Positions 39,101 through 48,631 of a DNA stretch of 64,000 nt are shown here, piece after piece; the stretch's first letter is position 1; every line of letters begins with the position of its first letter. The position numbers and the translations under genes are program-made. The DNA lies in the IMG/VR virus record IMGVR_UViG_3300027996_002186, positions 186,001 through 250,000 of that record; one strand, written 5' to 3'. The notes beneath the pieces are model-generated. The model saw nothing but the letters and a program-made list of their open reading frames with translations. It was not told where the DNA came from and searched no databases.

Positions 39101-41871
39101 ACAGTAATGGAACTTTTGGTAGTTATGTATCTGGTACATATTCTAGTATAACGGTACAAGGTTTATCTGGTGTGACTTGGGTGGATATCGCCCTATTAAA
39201 TATACCTCTTATTAACTTAGTAGGGTGGGTTTCTTATAATATACCAGTAACATTTGGTTATAAAAAATTTAGATTTGTTTTACATCAGGGTTTTGTTCAG
39301 ACGACCATTCCTATCGGAAATCCTTCACAAAAGATTTATATAGATGATATTAAATTATCATCATCTACCAATTTAATTATAGATGGCAATAGTTATGGTA
39401 TAATAACCGATGATTCCGTCCCTAGTAATTTAACAATTAATCCTAAATTTAATAATTTAACATCGTATTATAATTTAGCTACAAACGTTATTACTAGTTC
39501 TGCTAGTTCTTACCTTTCTGGGGATTATCACACAATGTCATATACTGATGGATTCTTGAAATTCGGATATACACCTACTTACAATTTACTTGATTATTTA
39601 GAATCAATGAATGATATTGGTGATCCAAGTCCAGCATTCTATGGTGATAAAGAATATTATGCAATGCCTGATTATAGAGGAATTCCTTTACCTGGTATAA
39701 CTACGATAACTGATAGTGATGCTTATGTTGATTATAATGGTATAACATATTCAAATACTGCTGGTAATAAAATTTCATTTGGTGTAGATCTAAAACTAGA
39801 ATGGGAAAGTGTATTTATTAATACATTTGTTGATGTTAATCTATATGATTCAGCTACTTATTCCACTCCTTCATCAACAACAGAAAGATTGTTGGTTATG
39901 AAAAAATACTTTAATGAAGCGGATAATGTTTATGTTATTGAGTTTCATAAAAAACTAAATCTTGATTTAGGAACACCTCTTTATTTTGTTGATATAATAT
40001 CAAGAAGAAAACTCCACCAAATAAGTAGTGATCTACAAGAACTTAATAATATACAGAGGGGTAGATTGGAAACATCTGATGGTATATTCATAGGATCTTC
40101 TTTTGATAATTATGAAAGAGAATTAAACTTTAAGATACCGACAGATTCTTATGCTAAAGTAATGTTATCTGATGCTGAAACTATACAAGAGTTGAGTGCT
40201 ATATTTTATATTGATTATAAGAATGAGTTATCTATGAATATGACAAGATTAGAAAGAGAGTATAATATACCTATCCTAACGACCTCAAATTTTGGTGGGA
40301 ATTTATTTATTTCTTGTACAGAAAAGCACGATCTTAAAACAGGTGAGGGTATTGTTTTAGACTTTAATGGTGGTACTGGTTCTTCACAAGAATTAAATCA
40401 ACAATATTATGGATTCCACCCGGTTATTGTTGTAAATCAATACAACTTTTATCTAGATATTCCTTATGGTACAACTCCTTTAGTTGGTAATGACACTGGA
40501 TTTGTTAAATACACTAAAAAGGATCCTTTCTTGAATTATCAACCAGTTGATATAATAGATGTGGGTGTTGATAAAAAAGGTAAAAGGTCAATTGAATTAT
40601 CTATTGATAACGTAAAATTGACTAATGATGTTTATAGATTATCTGGTGTTGATTTTAGTAAATATAGATTTAGATTGGTTGATGGGTTAAATGTTGAACA
40701 ACTTGCAATTCAATTTCCTTGGATACTTGAAGCTGAGATATCAGAAGCTGTTTTGGGATTAGGAGGTGAAGGTGAGTTAGTTTGGTACTCAGGAACTTGG
40801 GAATGTGGTAGATGGTTTGGTGGTACTTGGTACTCAGGAACTTGGTTATCAGGAGATTGGTATGATGGTACTTGGTATTCTAAGAATATCAAAGATAATT
40901 ATATTTCTGTTGAAGTTGATGAAAAATCATCTGATATATCACAATCAACTTGGTTTGGTGGTAGGTGGTATGATGGTACTTGGGATAATGGTTTATGGGT
41001 AAATGGTAGATGGTATGATGGTACTTGGAACGGTGGGAATTGGTTTAAGGGTATTTGGAACGATGGTACTTGGAACGATGGAGTTTTTGGTGGAGGTGTT
41101 TGGATCCTTGGAATATGGAATAATGGTATATTTAACACTGATAACGAACCGGCTTACTGGTTAGATGGTGAATGGTTTGGTGGTGATTTTGAGAATGGTA
41201 TGTGGTATAATGGACTATTCGAAGCTAAAAATGATGAATCTAGGTTTGGTGTTAATGCTTATAATAGTAGAACAGCTACTTGGCATGCTGGTAATTGGGT
41301 TAGTGGTAGTTTCCATTCTAAATTAAATTTAAATGATGATGGTGAGTATGATGTATCCGATTCACATAATCTGAGTATTTGGAAAACAGGATCTTGGTTT
41401 AGTGGTGATTTCTATGGTGGTATAGCTTATAACATGGATTTTAAATCCGGAATTTGGCATGGTGGTATATTAGAAGATATTCAAGTTATTGGGTTTGGTT
41501 TTGATGCTGTTGGTGAAAATTATTTTACACTGAATGGTATTTTCAAATTTAATATAGGTGATGAGTTTAATATTATTGATAATCAAATAGGGAATTCTTA
41601 TTCTGTTGATTTTGGAAGTAATTCTGATCCTGGTAAGTATACCGTATTATATACAAATGAAGATAATGATAATAAATGGACAAAAGTTTATGTTGATAGA
41701 ACTATGACTTATAATCTTAATGCTCCTGTTGACTTAGGGTTAAGATTGGTTAGTAGGTTTAGATTCGTTAATTGGAAATCAGGTATATGGACAAATGGTA
41801 TATTAGATAGTGGATTATGGGAAGGTGGACTTTGGTATAATGGTGTTTTTGGTGATGCTACTTGGATGTAA
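36154..41871 (+). CDS. giant putative virion protein with YCF48/BNR-like propeller repeats and C-terminal W-x-x-G-x repeats
   Basis: 1905 aa; VGEFGVIL, CGDGGVLL, VGDLNTILVTNDSGFHW; GTWYSGTWLSGDWYDGTW tracts. Confidence 0.75.
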   Translation: MWIFDNDYNKWSSSGDNLVKSEFDYLKQELSSVRFYSKCLSGAAYLPMNNINNIYDILGEYKPRNWYIGLGGSPYSNSLIPPQNAVEITNDSSYDYYTKYLSEYGLTLKNLFTPNRLISDSINNYIYVDVTTTTQIFDLYDPVINRVIDGTRLLDGHRILIKDQKTTEVLPNTTNPDDYFSGNYTEIQNFGTTIQYEYYSNENGIYKYENFLLSKESDLDDYEDCVRFSIIAKLGANNREKQFHLSRLLNGYYPTSSLDQPMEFIEKHNWLLRNRVDYNNLFEINYYDVIKHGEQSYEIGGITYSIPERTISVGEFGVILNNQENVSNIISNKYKVNLRSISQTSKYYWICGDGGVLLKVRKHDFNVERIEVENLTTSNLKSVSFFDNLRGAVVGDLNTILVTNDSGFHWEVIKIPDFDTYYYNKVIFYDPNKFFIGGNVGVFIEFIKDLSGWTAYRRRISRFIDGSTPQNTSGEDEYLLVDNINDMLYTNIDTWGLTHSHNYGSQSISVDKELLFIVTDDSKFIVHDINNSIPDYDFLYLDFRSNDIELHEYGDIRNISRREGTNDFYFTGINDINIESGLFSFNINLFSEIGVEHNNDIEYSNTITTTASATFESNLYSNNTFDYLGDEMILCGNESLLRSSTYSTTFNFEILDENFESRLKSKMLFLDYDMGSKLNFFTDDGQYRLPNSLSFPADLFSSTSSISLSSLVYGATSPSFMTQSEVSWFDYWSDRYKTFEFYSTGLPLDESTKVLLSSDFSYSPTQSELIISSITDTFSDIENLAPNIYNRSLGRFNGAGMTAISAPSSSYDLYLYDYLMVAKVADDYEVVVGDAFGLESNVVNSEFVVNKIAEFGGDKYLYMFSEFNQNIITELSTTTYSVTLTNLNKYSDVDELQERFNTHPISNGYELIRGSSVNNGVLMDFEFGTTASYINWVVDNNLEFDPIFGGRPDVAKTLNQNTTYIIESPEVEGVDLVSFLYNYSNGTFGSYVSGTYSSITVQGLSGVTWVDIALLNIPLINLVGWVSYNIPVTFGYKKFRFVLHQGFVQTTIPIGNPSQKIYIDDIKLSSSTNLIIDGNSYGIITDDSVPSNLTINPKFNNLTSYYNLATNVITSSASSYLSGDYHTMSYTDGFLKFGYTPTYNLLDYLESMNDIGDPSPAFYGDKEYYAMPDYRGIPLPGITTITDSDAYVDYNGITYSNTAGNKISFGVDLKLEWESVFINTFVDVNLYDSATYSTPSSTTERLLVMKKYFNEADNVYVIEFHKKLNLDLGTPLYFVDIISRRKLHQISSDLQELNNIQRGRLETSDGIFIGSSFDNYERELNFKIPTDSYAKVMLSDAETIQELSAIFYIDYKNELSMNMTRLEREYNIPILTTSNFGGNLFISCTEKHDLKTGEGIVLDFNGGTGSSQELNQQYYGFHPVIVVNQYNFYLDIPYGTTPLVGNDTGFVKYTKKDPFLNYQPVDIIDVGVDKKGKRSIELSIDNVKLTNDVYRLSGVDFSKYRFRLVDGLNVEQLAIQFPWILEAEISEAVLGLGGEGELVWYSGTWECGRWFGGTWYSGTWLSGDWYDGTWYSKNIKDNYISVEVDEKSSDISQSTWFGGRWYDGTWDNGLWVNGRWYDGTWNGGNWFKGIWNDGTWNDGVFGGGVWILGIWNNGIFNTDNEPAYWLDGEWFGGDFENGMWYNGLFEAKNDESRFGVNAYNSRTATWHAGNWVSGSFHSKLNLNDDGEYDVSDSHNLSIWKTGSWFSGDFYGGIAYNMDFKSGIWHGGILEDIQVIGFGFDAVGENYFTLNGIFKFNIGDEFNIIDNQIGNSYSVDFGSNSDPGKYTVLYTNEDNDNKWTKVYVDRTMTYNLNAPVDLGLRLVSRFRFVNWKSGIWTNGILDSGLWEGGLWYNGVFGDATWM

Positions 41872-41899
41872 TTTGATTTGATAAATTAATATATAGATT

Positions 41900-42274
41900 A
41901 TGATTAAAAAATATTTACAGTATATAAAAGAAGCTGATGAAATTCAATCAGAACCAGATTCATCTAAATTTGAAGATGTTAAAGATGAGGTTAAATCAAT
42001 GATTGAGAAAACTATCGAACAAAGTGGAGGTGAATTTTCTTCTTTTGTTGATTCCTTTATCAAAAATCCAGAAGATGTTAAAATAGAAGGATTTATAAAT
42101 GATTCTGATGTTTATGAATTTTATTTGAAATGGAGAAATGATATTGATGAAATCTTAAATGATATTAAATTCTTTGGAGAAACTCCTACTGAAATAAATG
42201 CATTTGGGTTATATGAATATGTTATTAAGGGAACCGAGAATTCTATGAATGAAATTGTGAAAATGTTATCATAA
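41900..42274 (+). CDS. hypothetical protein with CTS-like leader
   Basis: MIKKYLQYIKEA; TAATATATA-gatt-ATG. Confidence 0.75.
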   Translation: MIKKYLQYIKEADEIQSEPDSSKFEDVKDEVKSMIEKTIEQSGGEFSSFVDSFIKNPEDVKIEGFINDSDVYEFYLKWRNDIDEILNDIKFFGETPTEINAFGLYEYVIKGTENSMNEIVKMLS

Positions 42275-42277
42275 AAC

Positions 42278-42406
42278 ATGAATGAACAAGAATGTACTTG
42301 TGATTGTGAAGAATGTGTAAAGAATAATTGCGAAGATTGTGATTGTCCTGGTTGTGATTGTCCTGGTTGTGATTGTTCTATGAAATTTGAATTAGGTTAT
42401 GATTAA
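42278..42406 (+). CDS. metallothionein-like Cys-rich peptide (not in ORF track)
   Basis: 42 aa MNEQECTCDCEECVKNNCEDCDCPGCDCPGCDCSMKFELGYD, 11 Cys. Confidence 0.6.
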   Translation: MNEQECTCDCEECVKNNCEDCDCPGCDCPGCDCSMKFELGYD

Positions 42407-42823
42407 ATAACTAACCAAATCCATATGTAAATGATAGTGGTTTATTATTAATAATAAATAAATCACTATTCTAAATATTAAAAATATCATTGATATTATC
42501 TTACCAATTATCGTGTATTGAATTTTACCGAAAATAACTTTAAGCATTATAGATGTTATTAACAGGAATAGGAATATAATCCAATTGTTTGTTAACAAAC
42601 CAAATAATACCCATAAAAGTTCGATACCAGATAATAAATTTCGATTTGTGTGTAGGTTTAAGTCTTTTTTACTTCTAAAATCATTTGATTTAGGAGATTC
42701 TCCTGACAATTCTTTGAATTTAATAAACCATTCTTTAACAAAAGAAATTTTCTTAAACTGTATAAGAGCCACCACACAAGATAATAAAATCAATATACCG
42801 AAACCATAAAAAATATAACCCAT
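42392..42823 (-). CDS. membrane protein
   Basis: 143 aa with 3-4 hydrophobic segments; late box 42844-42852 (minus). Confidence 0.7.
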   Translation of the reverse strand: MGYIFYGFGILILLSCVVALIQFKKISFVKEWFIKFKELSGESPKSNDFRSKKDLNLHTNRNLLSGIELLWVLFGLLTNNWIIFLFLLITSIMLKVIFGKIQYTIIGKIISMIFLIFRIVIYLLLIINHYHLHMDLVSYLIIT

Positions 42824-42922
42824 TGTCTAATTATTTTAATTTATATATATTATTACCCTTTTTGTTTTTATAGAAGCCGAGAATAAATATATATAGTATA
42901 ACTTAAAAAAAAATTAAAGTAA

Positions 42923-45619
42923 ATGGCATCTACTCCACTTTATAAGTCTCTTAAACCGAACGGAACATCATTTTATGCTTTTCCGGGAGCGGCCGAGGAC
43001 ATATCAGCAGCATATCAAAATACAAATTATAAAATGTATTTCAGTAAATATACTTTGGTAAATTTACCAAAGCAGAATGTTAATGCTGGTACACAATCAA
43101 AACCAATCTATTTTGACTTTGAGAATTCTTTTGAGGGTTCTGTAAACGCAACACCACCATCTAATTATTCTGATGCTATGATTGAATCTTTGAGAAACTA
43201 TGTTGCCAACCAAGAAGTTGTTATTAGAGAGAGTAGATTAAATAACACTAAATATTATTATGATACAAATGCCTTAGAAACAACTTCTGAGAAGTTATTC
43301 TTTAAGTGGGCAAAGAAATTAAATATTATTGACTTTGAACCTGCTATACCAGAGGATGAGTATTTTAGTAATTTACAAGAATTTCAATCGAGAAATATTA
43401 ACTTAGATGATTATTTTCCTGAATTTTTATGGAAAGAAAGAGAAGTAACTAATTGGAATACGAGAATTTTTGAACAAACTGGATCAACTGATCCATCTTT
43501 TTATGGTAAATTAGAAATTGAGTTTGGTGGGACTACTAATTTCAGAGTTGGTGATATTACTAATATATCTAATGTTAGTAATAATACGATATATAATGTC
43601 CCAGGACTTGTTGGTTCGAATTCAGTAGATGGTATAAATACGACAGTGCTTTCTATTGTTCCATCAAGTGCTACACAAGGTCAGCGAATTATATTCGATA
43701 TCGACACAGTTCTTGGTGCTACTCCTGAGTCATCGGGTAAAGCGAAATTAGTTTATAGTAGATTGGTTCAATATATTGGTGAGGTTAATGGTATTAGTAA
43801 TGTTCAAGAAGCCAATAGAAGTTATACAGAAGTTTATGCTAATATTCCTGATCATACGGGACAAACACCTGATGTTCTTTTTAGAACTCTGACTGATGTT
43901 AATTATAAACCAAATTTAACATTTCCGATTTTACCAAGTCAATATCAACCAGAAATACAAGGAGGTGAGATATTTAACTCTCCTATTGTTAGTACACCTC
44001 AAAATTATCCAGGTTCTTACTTTGGTCAGTTTGATACTTTAGATTTTACATATGAAACTGCTCCCGGTGATAGTATTAGAAGAAGCGGTAATTATTATGG
44101 TGTTAAAGGTGATGTAAATAATCCTGTTGTTAATGGTTCTACAATTGATGGTGTCACATTGGACTTTAATACAAGTCACTATGTTAAGATGAATATACCA
44201 AATAGAGTTGTTACAAACTTTGATCAGTTTAATGCCCTTGAGGTAAATAATAATCCACCTAAGAGTTTTGAGTATAATGCTATATTATGGTATTATACTG
44301 TTGAGGATTCTGATGGTAACTCTAAAAGTAATTTATATGGTATTTCATTTTTAGACCACCCAAATAATAATCTAAAAACAGAAGAAATAAGTTTAAGATT
44401 TCCAACTATTAAAAAGTTGGTTTCTGATGGTGAGCAAGATGGTACATCTTATTCTTATAACCTTAACCTTAACTTTAATATAATTAATGAAAATACGATT
44501 GATGCTTATAACCCAGAAGCTATAAATTCTTTATTTAGTATGAATTTATTTAATGATGCTATGAAAAGGTTAGCATCTACTAATGATAGTTTCATTAATA
44601 TTATAGCAGAACACTCTGTGATATCAGAAGAATTGAGAAATATAAAAGGTTTAGTATATACACAGACTGATTTAACTGTATTAAATACTAGAATGAATAA
44701 TCTTGAGAATTTAATAAGACTTTATTCAGCAAACCAAATGAGTACTAGTGAAAGTATTGAGGTTAATATATTACCTGGATCACCGCCACAGATTTTTTTG
44801 GATAGCATTGATCCATTATATAGTAGGGTTGATAATTACAAAGCGACTGACTTATATAATGCTCAAGGTATTATACCTATAAATATTTCTGTACCAAAGA
44901 ATAAAAGTTTTTTAATTAATTTCATTAATAATGATGAAGTAGAACTTGAATTAGATAATAATGACAAATTAACTTTTATTTTAGATAAAGATCTATATAT
45001 TAATCAATCGGTTGATATTTTAATTACACCGAGTGAATTTTCTTCTCAGAATAAGAAGATTGATATTTTTATGGAAAGTGATATAGGATCAAATGATGGT
45101 ACAACAACAGAGATTTTATTAATTGGTGATATTGATTTACCAGTTTTTTATAATACATCAACACAATTACCTAATTCGGCTTCTCTATGGAAAGATTTTA
45201 GATTTGATATTGATTTTGAACAACCTATTAATCTAATAACGGGTGCTAGACTTGAAGTTCCGTTTTCTGGTAATACTACAATAATTGAAAACTCTTTAAA
45301 AGTTGGTAGTACATTACAAATGAATAACTTCTATGTTGGTACATCTTCTATTTTTGATTTTTCAGGTCAGTATAAAATTGATTCTGTTGGTGGTGGTACT
45401 AGTTCTTATATAATCTTTGATATTAGTGATAATGATGATTTAGTTTCTTATGGATTATCATCATCATTGCCATTAGAGATACACGGAACATCATCAACAT
45501 CCTTATCAAACATACCTTATTTTTCTTTGAATAAAGGTGTTAAAATAAATGTTACCAGAGTTAGTAACTCAGCTATATTAAACGAAAGGTATATTTTACA
45601 ACTCGATGACATTATATAA
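42923..45619 (+). CDS. large putative virion structural protein
   Basis: 898 aa, beta-rich with central coiled coil; late-type box upstream. Confidence 0.7.
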   Translation: MASTPLYKSLKPNGTSFYAFPGAAEDISAAYQNTNYKMYFSKYTLVNLPKQNVNAGTQSKPIYFDFENSFEGSVNATPPSNYSDAMIESLRNYVANQEVVIRESRLNNTKYYYDTNALETTSEKLFFKWAKKLNIIDFEPAIPEDEYFSNLQEFQSRNINLDDYFPEFLWKEREVTNWNTRIFEQTGSTDPSFYGKLEIEFGGTTNFRVGDITNISNVSNNTIYNVPGLVGSNSVDGINTTVLSIVPSSATQGQRIIFDIDTVLGATPESSGKAKLVYSRLVQYIGEVNGISNVQEANRSYTEVYANIPDHTGQTPDVLFRTLTDVNYKPNLTFPILPSQYQPEIQGGEIFNSPIVSTPQNYPGSYFGQFDTLDFTYETAPGDSIRRSGNYYGVKGDVNNPVVNGSTIDGVTLDFNTSHYVKMNIPNRVVTNFDQFNALEVNNNPPKSFEYNAILWYYTVEDSDGNSKSNLYGISFLDHPNNNLKTEEISLRFPTIKKLVSDGEQDGTSYSYNLNLNFNIINENTIDAYNPEAINSLFSMNLFNDAMKRLASTNDSFINIIAEHSVISEELRNIKGLVYTQTDLTVLNTRMNNLENLIRLYSANQMSTSESIEVNILPGSPPQIFLDSIDPLYSRVDNYKATDLYNAQGIIPINISVPKNKSFLINFINNDEVELELDNNDKLTFILDKDLYINQSVDILITPSEFSSQNKKIDIFMESDIGSNDGTTTEILLIGDIDLPVFYNTSTQLPNSASLWKDFRFDIDFEQPINLITGARLEVPFSGNTTIIENSLKVGSTLQMNNFYVGTSSIFDFSGQYKIDSVGGGTSSYIIFDISDNDDLVSYGLSSSLPLEIHGTSSTSLSNIPYFSLNKGVKINVTRVSNSAILNERYILQLDDII

Positions 45620-45660
45620 CTTTCAAATTTTAATATATAATTAAAATAAAAAATTGTTAT

Positions 45661-46821
45661 ATGGGTGTTTGTGGACAATCATTATTTGGTAGTGGTAGTA
45701 ACTATATAAAAGTATCAAATGGATCATTCGTTGCTATTGAGGGATCAAATACAGCCGAGAATTTAATTCTATCTAATTTGAGAATGCCTTATAAGCAATT
45801 ATTAAAAGGTAGAGTTTTATTAAAAATTGGTCAAAAAGATTACTTATTAAACCATTTAGGTTTAGGAGATAACGCAACATTTTTAGCTATTAAAGTAACC
45901 TATGATCCTAAATCTGTAATTGAAGAAGATAATTATGTTGAGTGGTCTTTTTATGATGATGTTTCTAGAGTTAATTCAATGGCTCAGTTATTAGTATTAA
46001 CTGGTAATTCAAGTAATAGGATACCACAATTATTCTTAACAAATCCAAATAGTAAATACCCAGTAACACTTGATGTTATGGTTGCTGTTATTGATGATAA
46101 TTCATTCTTTGATTATAGCCCTGTTGTTTATTTTACACCATTAGTAACATTAGAAAATGCTGTTTATTTAGGACCTTATAATACATCACTTGGTACCAAC
46201 TTTGGTGCAACTATATCAAGTATTAATGATTTTATTGGATATGATATTGATAGTTTAAGAACTGAAATTGTAGACCATGTTGTTGAGTCAAATGGTTTGA
46301 TATTGAGTACCACTAGTAGTAATTATTTGTTGTATGATTATGATACTAATCCAATTAGTTCATTTACATTATCTGGTACATATTCTATGAAATTTGATAT
46401 AACAGATTCTTTAAATAACTCAATTAATGTTGCTGATAATGTTGTTATAGAATACAACACAATATACACACCTGTTGTTTATTTCACACCCGATGTTTAC
46501 TTACCTGGATCAACAGCTTCACCATTTAATACTTTACAAGGTGCTACATTTGGGGCTACAGTTTCATTAACTATGTCTAGTTATGGTGGTACGGTTAGTT
46601 CATTGGATATGGCTGGTGTTTTAGTTGACCATGTTGAAGAAGCTAATGGTGTTACTTTCTCAGCTACGGGTAGTAACTACATATTATATGATTATTCAAG
46701 TTTGGTTATAAGTGGTATAACATCATCAGGAACATATTCATTAGGATTTAATATAACAGATTCTTTTGGAACACTTGATCCAAATAACATCGTAAATATA
46801 TCATTCACAGGATTATTATGA
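45661..46821 (+). CDS. putative structural protein with two tandem ~120-aa Ig-like repeats
   Basis: PVVYFTP...FGAT...VDHV.E.NG...NY.LYDY...SGTYS..F.ITDS occurs twice; late box 45631-45639. Confidence 0.7.
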   Translation: MGVCGQSLFGSGSNYIKVSNGSFVAIEGSNTAENLILSNLRMPYKQLLKGRVLLKIGQKDYLLNHLGLGDNATFLAIKVTYDPKSVIEEDNYVEWSFYDDVSRVNSMAQLLVLTGNSSNRIPQLFLTNPNSKYPVTLDVMVAVIDDNSFFDYSPVVYFTPLVTLENAVYLGPYNTSLGTNFGATISSINDFIGYDIDSLRTEIVDHVVESNGLILSTTSSNYLLYDYDTNPISSFTLSGTYSMKFDITDSLNNSINVADNVVIEYNTIYTPVVYFTPDVYLPGSTASPFNTLQGATFGATVSLTMSSYGGTVSSLDMAGVLVDHVEEANGVTFSATGSNYILYDYSSLVISGITSSGTYSLGFNITDSFGTLDPNNIVNISFTGLL

Positions 46822-47810
46822 TAATTAAAAAGTACATACAATTTATAAAAGAAAGCTCAGAGGATTTTAAATCACTAGGTGAGTGGATTGAATCTATATC
46901 TGATGATGAGTATGTTATGAACATCGTAAATAGATATTTAGGTGATATTGGTTCAGATATAGAATTATCAAATGCTATTAATTTATTAGATGAGGTAGAA
47001 CAATCTGATATAAAATCACAAGTACAAGATTATTTACAAAATGGTCTTGTTGAGATAGAACCACAAGTTTTAACATCTACTGATATTGAAGATTTGAGTG
47101 AGAGTTTGGAATTAATGCCTGCTCCGGTTATACAACAAGAAATAAGTGTTGCTGGTAAAGGTGTATTTTCATCTTTCCTTAAATCATTAACTGCTCTCGG
47201 TAGAAAAGAATCTAGTCCTGATTATGAGAATTGTCCAAAAGATTTCTTGATTTATTACAATTATGAAAATTTAAATACTAATGATGTTAAAATAATATTT
47301 AGTCGATTCAAATCACTTTTAAGGTATTCTGATAAGATTGATTATAGTAAGAATGAAATAAATCTTTACTTCGGTATCAAATGTGATGGTCAATTTGAAT
47401 ATGGTATATCTTATGATAATTTACTTCCAATTGGTCAATTTAAGTTATCAATCTCAAGTATTAAGTGGTTAGTTCAACAACAATCAAAATCAGCACAATC
47501 CATTAAAAAGGAATTAGTTAATCTAACATACAATGATATATTATTACTTGGTAAGATTAAAATGGATATGGTAGATTTTAACCCTGGTTATCATGAAAAG
47601 AGATCTTATCCTACTATAAATGATAGAGTTATATCTTTTGGGTATTATGGTGTCGGTAAATGGGATAATGGTAAATTAGATGAAGGTGAGTATATGAATA
47701 TTAAAAATAATTTTACTACTTGGGTAATTTCTAAGAAATGGGGTGGTAAAGTGTTGGTGAGTGTTAAACCACAATCATTTTGGTTATACATACATATAAA
47801 ATTGAAATAA
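46818..47810 (+). CDS. hypothetical protein with CTS-like leader
   Basis: 330 aa MIIKKYIQFIKES. Confidence 0.75.
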   Translation: MIIKKYIQFIKESSEDFKSLGEWIESISDDEYVMNIVNRYLGDIGSDIELSNAINLLDEVEQSDIKSQVQDYLQNGLVEIEPQVLTSTDIEDLSESLELMPAPVIQQEISVAGKGVFSSFLKSLTALGRKESSPDYENCPKDFLIYYNYENLNTNDVKIIFSRFKSLLRYSDKIDYSKNEINLYFGIKCDGQFEYGISYDNLLPIGQFKLSISSIKWLVQQQSKSAQSIKKELVNLTYNDILLLGKIKMDMVDFNPGYHEKRSYPTINDRVISFGYYGVGKWDNGKLDEGEYMNIKNNFTTWVISKKWGGKVLVSVKPQSFWLYIHIKLK

Positions 47811-47813
47811 GAT

Positions 47814-48107
47814 ATGAAATATTTAAGAAAATATAACGAGTCAAACGAACAAGAGCAAGATTTAGATTTTGTTTTAGCTAAGATAAAAGAAGAGTTTACT
47901 ATTGATAAGGTTAAAGAATCTTATGAAAAAGAAATGCTTGAATGGGCAGATGATTACACTACAAGTGGTAATGGTGAGGCACAAGACATTATATTAGAAC
48001 AGATGATTGGGTGGTTCGAATCAAACCATTCTGAGCTTACAGATGAAGTATCTAAAGAAGTTTATAATAAATTACAAGAAGAATACGAATTCCTAAACAT
48101 TGGTTAA
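47814..48107 (+). CDS. acidic hypothetical protein with CTS-like leader
   Basis: 97 aa MKYLRKYNES. Confidence 0.75.
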   Translation: MKYLRKYNESNEQEQDLDFVLAKIKEEFTIDKVKESYEKEMLEWADDYTTSGNGEAQDIILEQMIGWFESNHSELTDEVSKEVYNKLQEEYEFLNIG

Positions 48108-48120
48108 TAATTTTCTATAA
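48094..48120 (+). promoter_or_regulatory. TAAAC-N17-TATAA promoter
   Basis: TAAAC 48094-98, TATAA 48116-20. Confidence 0.6.
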
Positions 48121-48139
48121 TAAGAAAATATTAATTTAA

Positions 48140-48631
48140 ATGACTCAAAGCTCTAAAGAAGAATTACTTCAAAAATGGGCACCTATTATCGATTCAATGG
48201 GTGTTACTGGTTCAAAAGCAGATTGGATGTCACAATATGTTGAAATGCACTCTATTAATGAGAATCAAATATCATCAACTCAATCCAATTTTAATTTAAC
48301 ACTATTACCTATAGCTAAAAGAGTTTTTGCTAAAACGGTTAGTTTAGATTTGGTAGATGTTAATCCTATTGGTGGTGGAAACTCATCTAATGAGATGAAA
48401 GAAATAAGATCTGATATTAAAATTGAAAATCGTGATAGAAAAATAGATTCTATTACAGAAGATAAATGTTTTGATGAAATGAAAGTCGAAGACCACCCTA
48501 AATATAAAGAACAACAAATGCCTAAGAGTAATTTATTTTATTTGGATTATCAATATGGTGGTGGTACATCTAGTAACACACATAAAAAGACTAGAAGAAG
48601 TAAAAAGAAAAAGAAAAATGAAAAAGTTTAA
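48140..48631 (+). CDS. truncated N-terminal paralog of gp23-type major capsid protein with an insertion
   Basis: MTQSSKEELLQKWAPIID resembles T4 gp23 MTIKTKAELLNKWKPLLE; LLPIAKRVFAKTVSLDLVDVNPI...LFYLDYQYG resembles the gp23 VRR...DICGVQPM...VFALRAVYG region. Confidence 0.7.
   Translation: MTQSSKEELLQKWAPIIDSMGVTGSKADWMSQYVEMHSINENQISSTQSNFNLTLLPIAKRVFAKTVSLDLVDVNPIGGGNSSNEMKEIRSDIKIENRDRKIDSITEDKCFDEMKVEDHPKYKEQQMPKSNLFYLDYQYGGGTSSNTHKKTRRSKKKKKNEKV

Noticed and set aside
40780-41110. Short DNA repeats (TGGTACTCAGGAACTTGG, TGGTATGATGGTACTTGG) as a non-coding array
   Set aside because: Fully explained by the in-frame W-x-x-G-x protein repeat.
48140-48631. Calling this ORF the true major capsid gene broken by a frameshift
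   Set aside because: No gp23-like continuation in the downstream frames, and the next kilobase holds unrelated intact genes.
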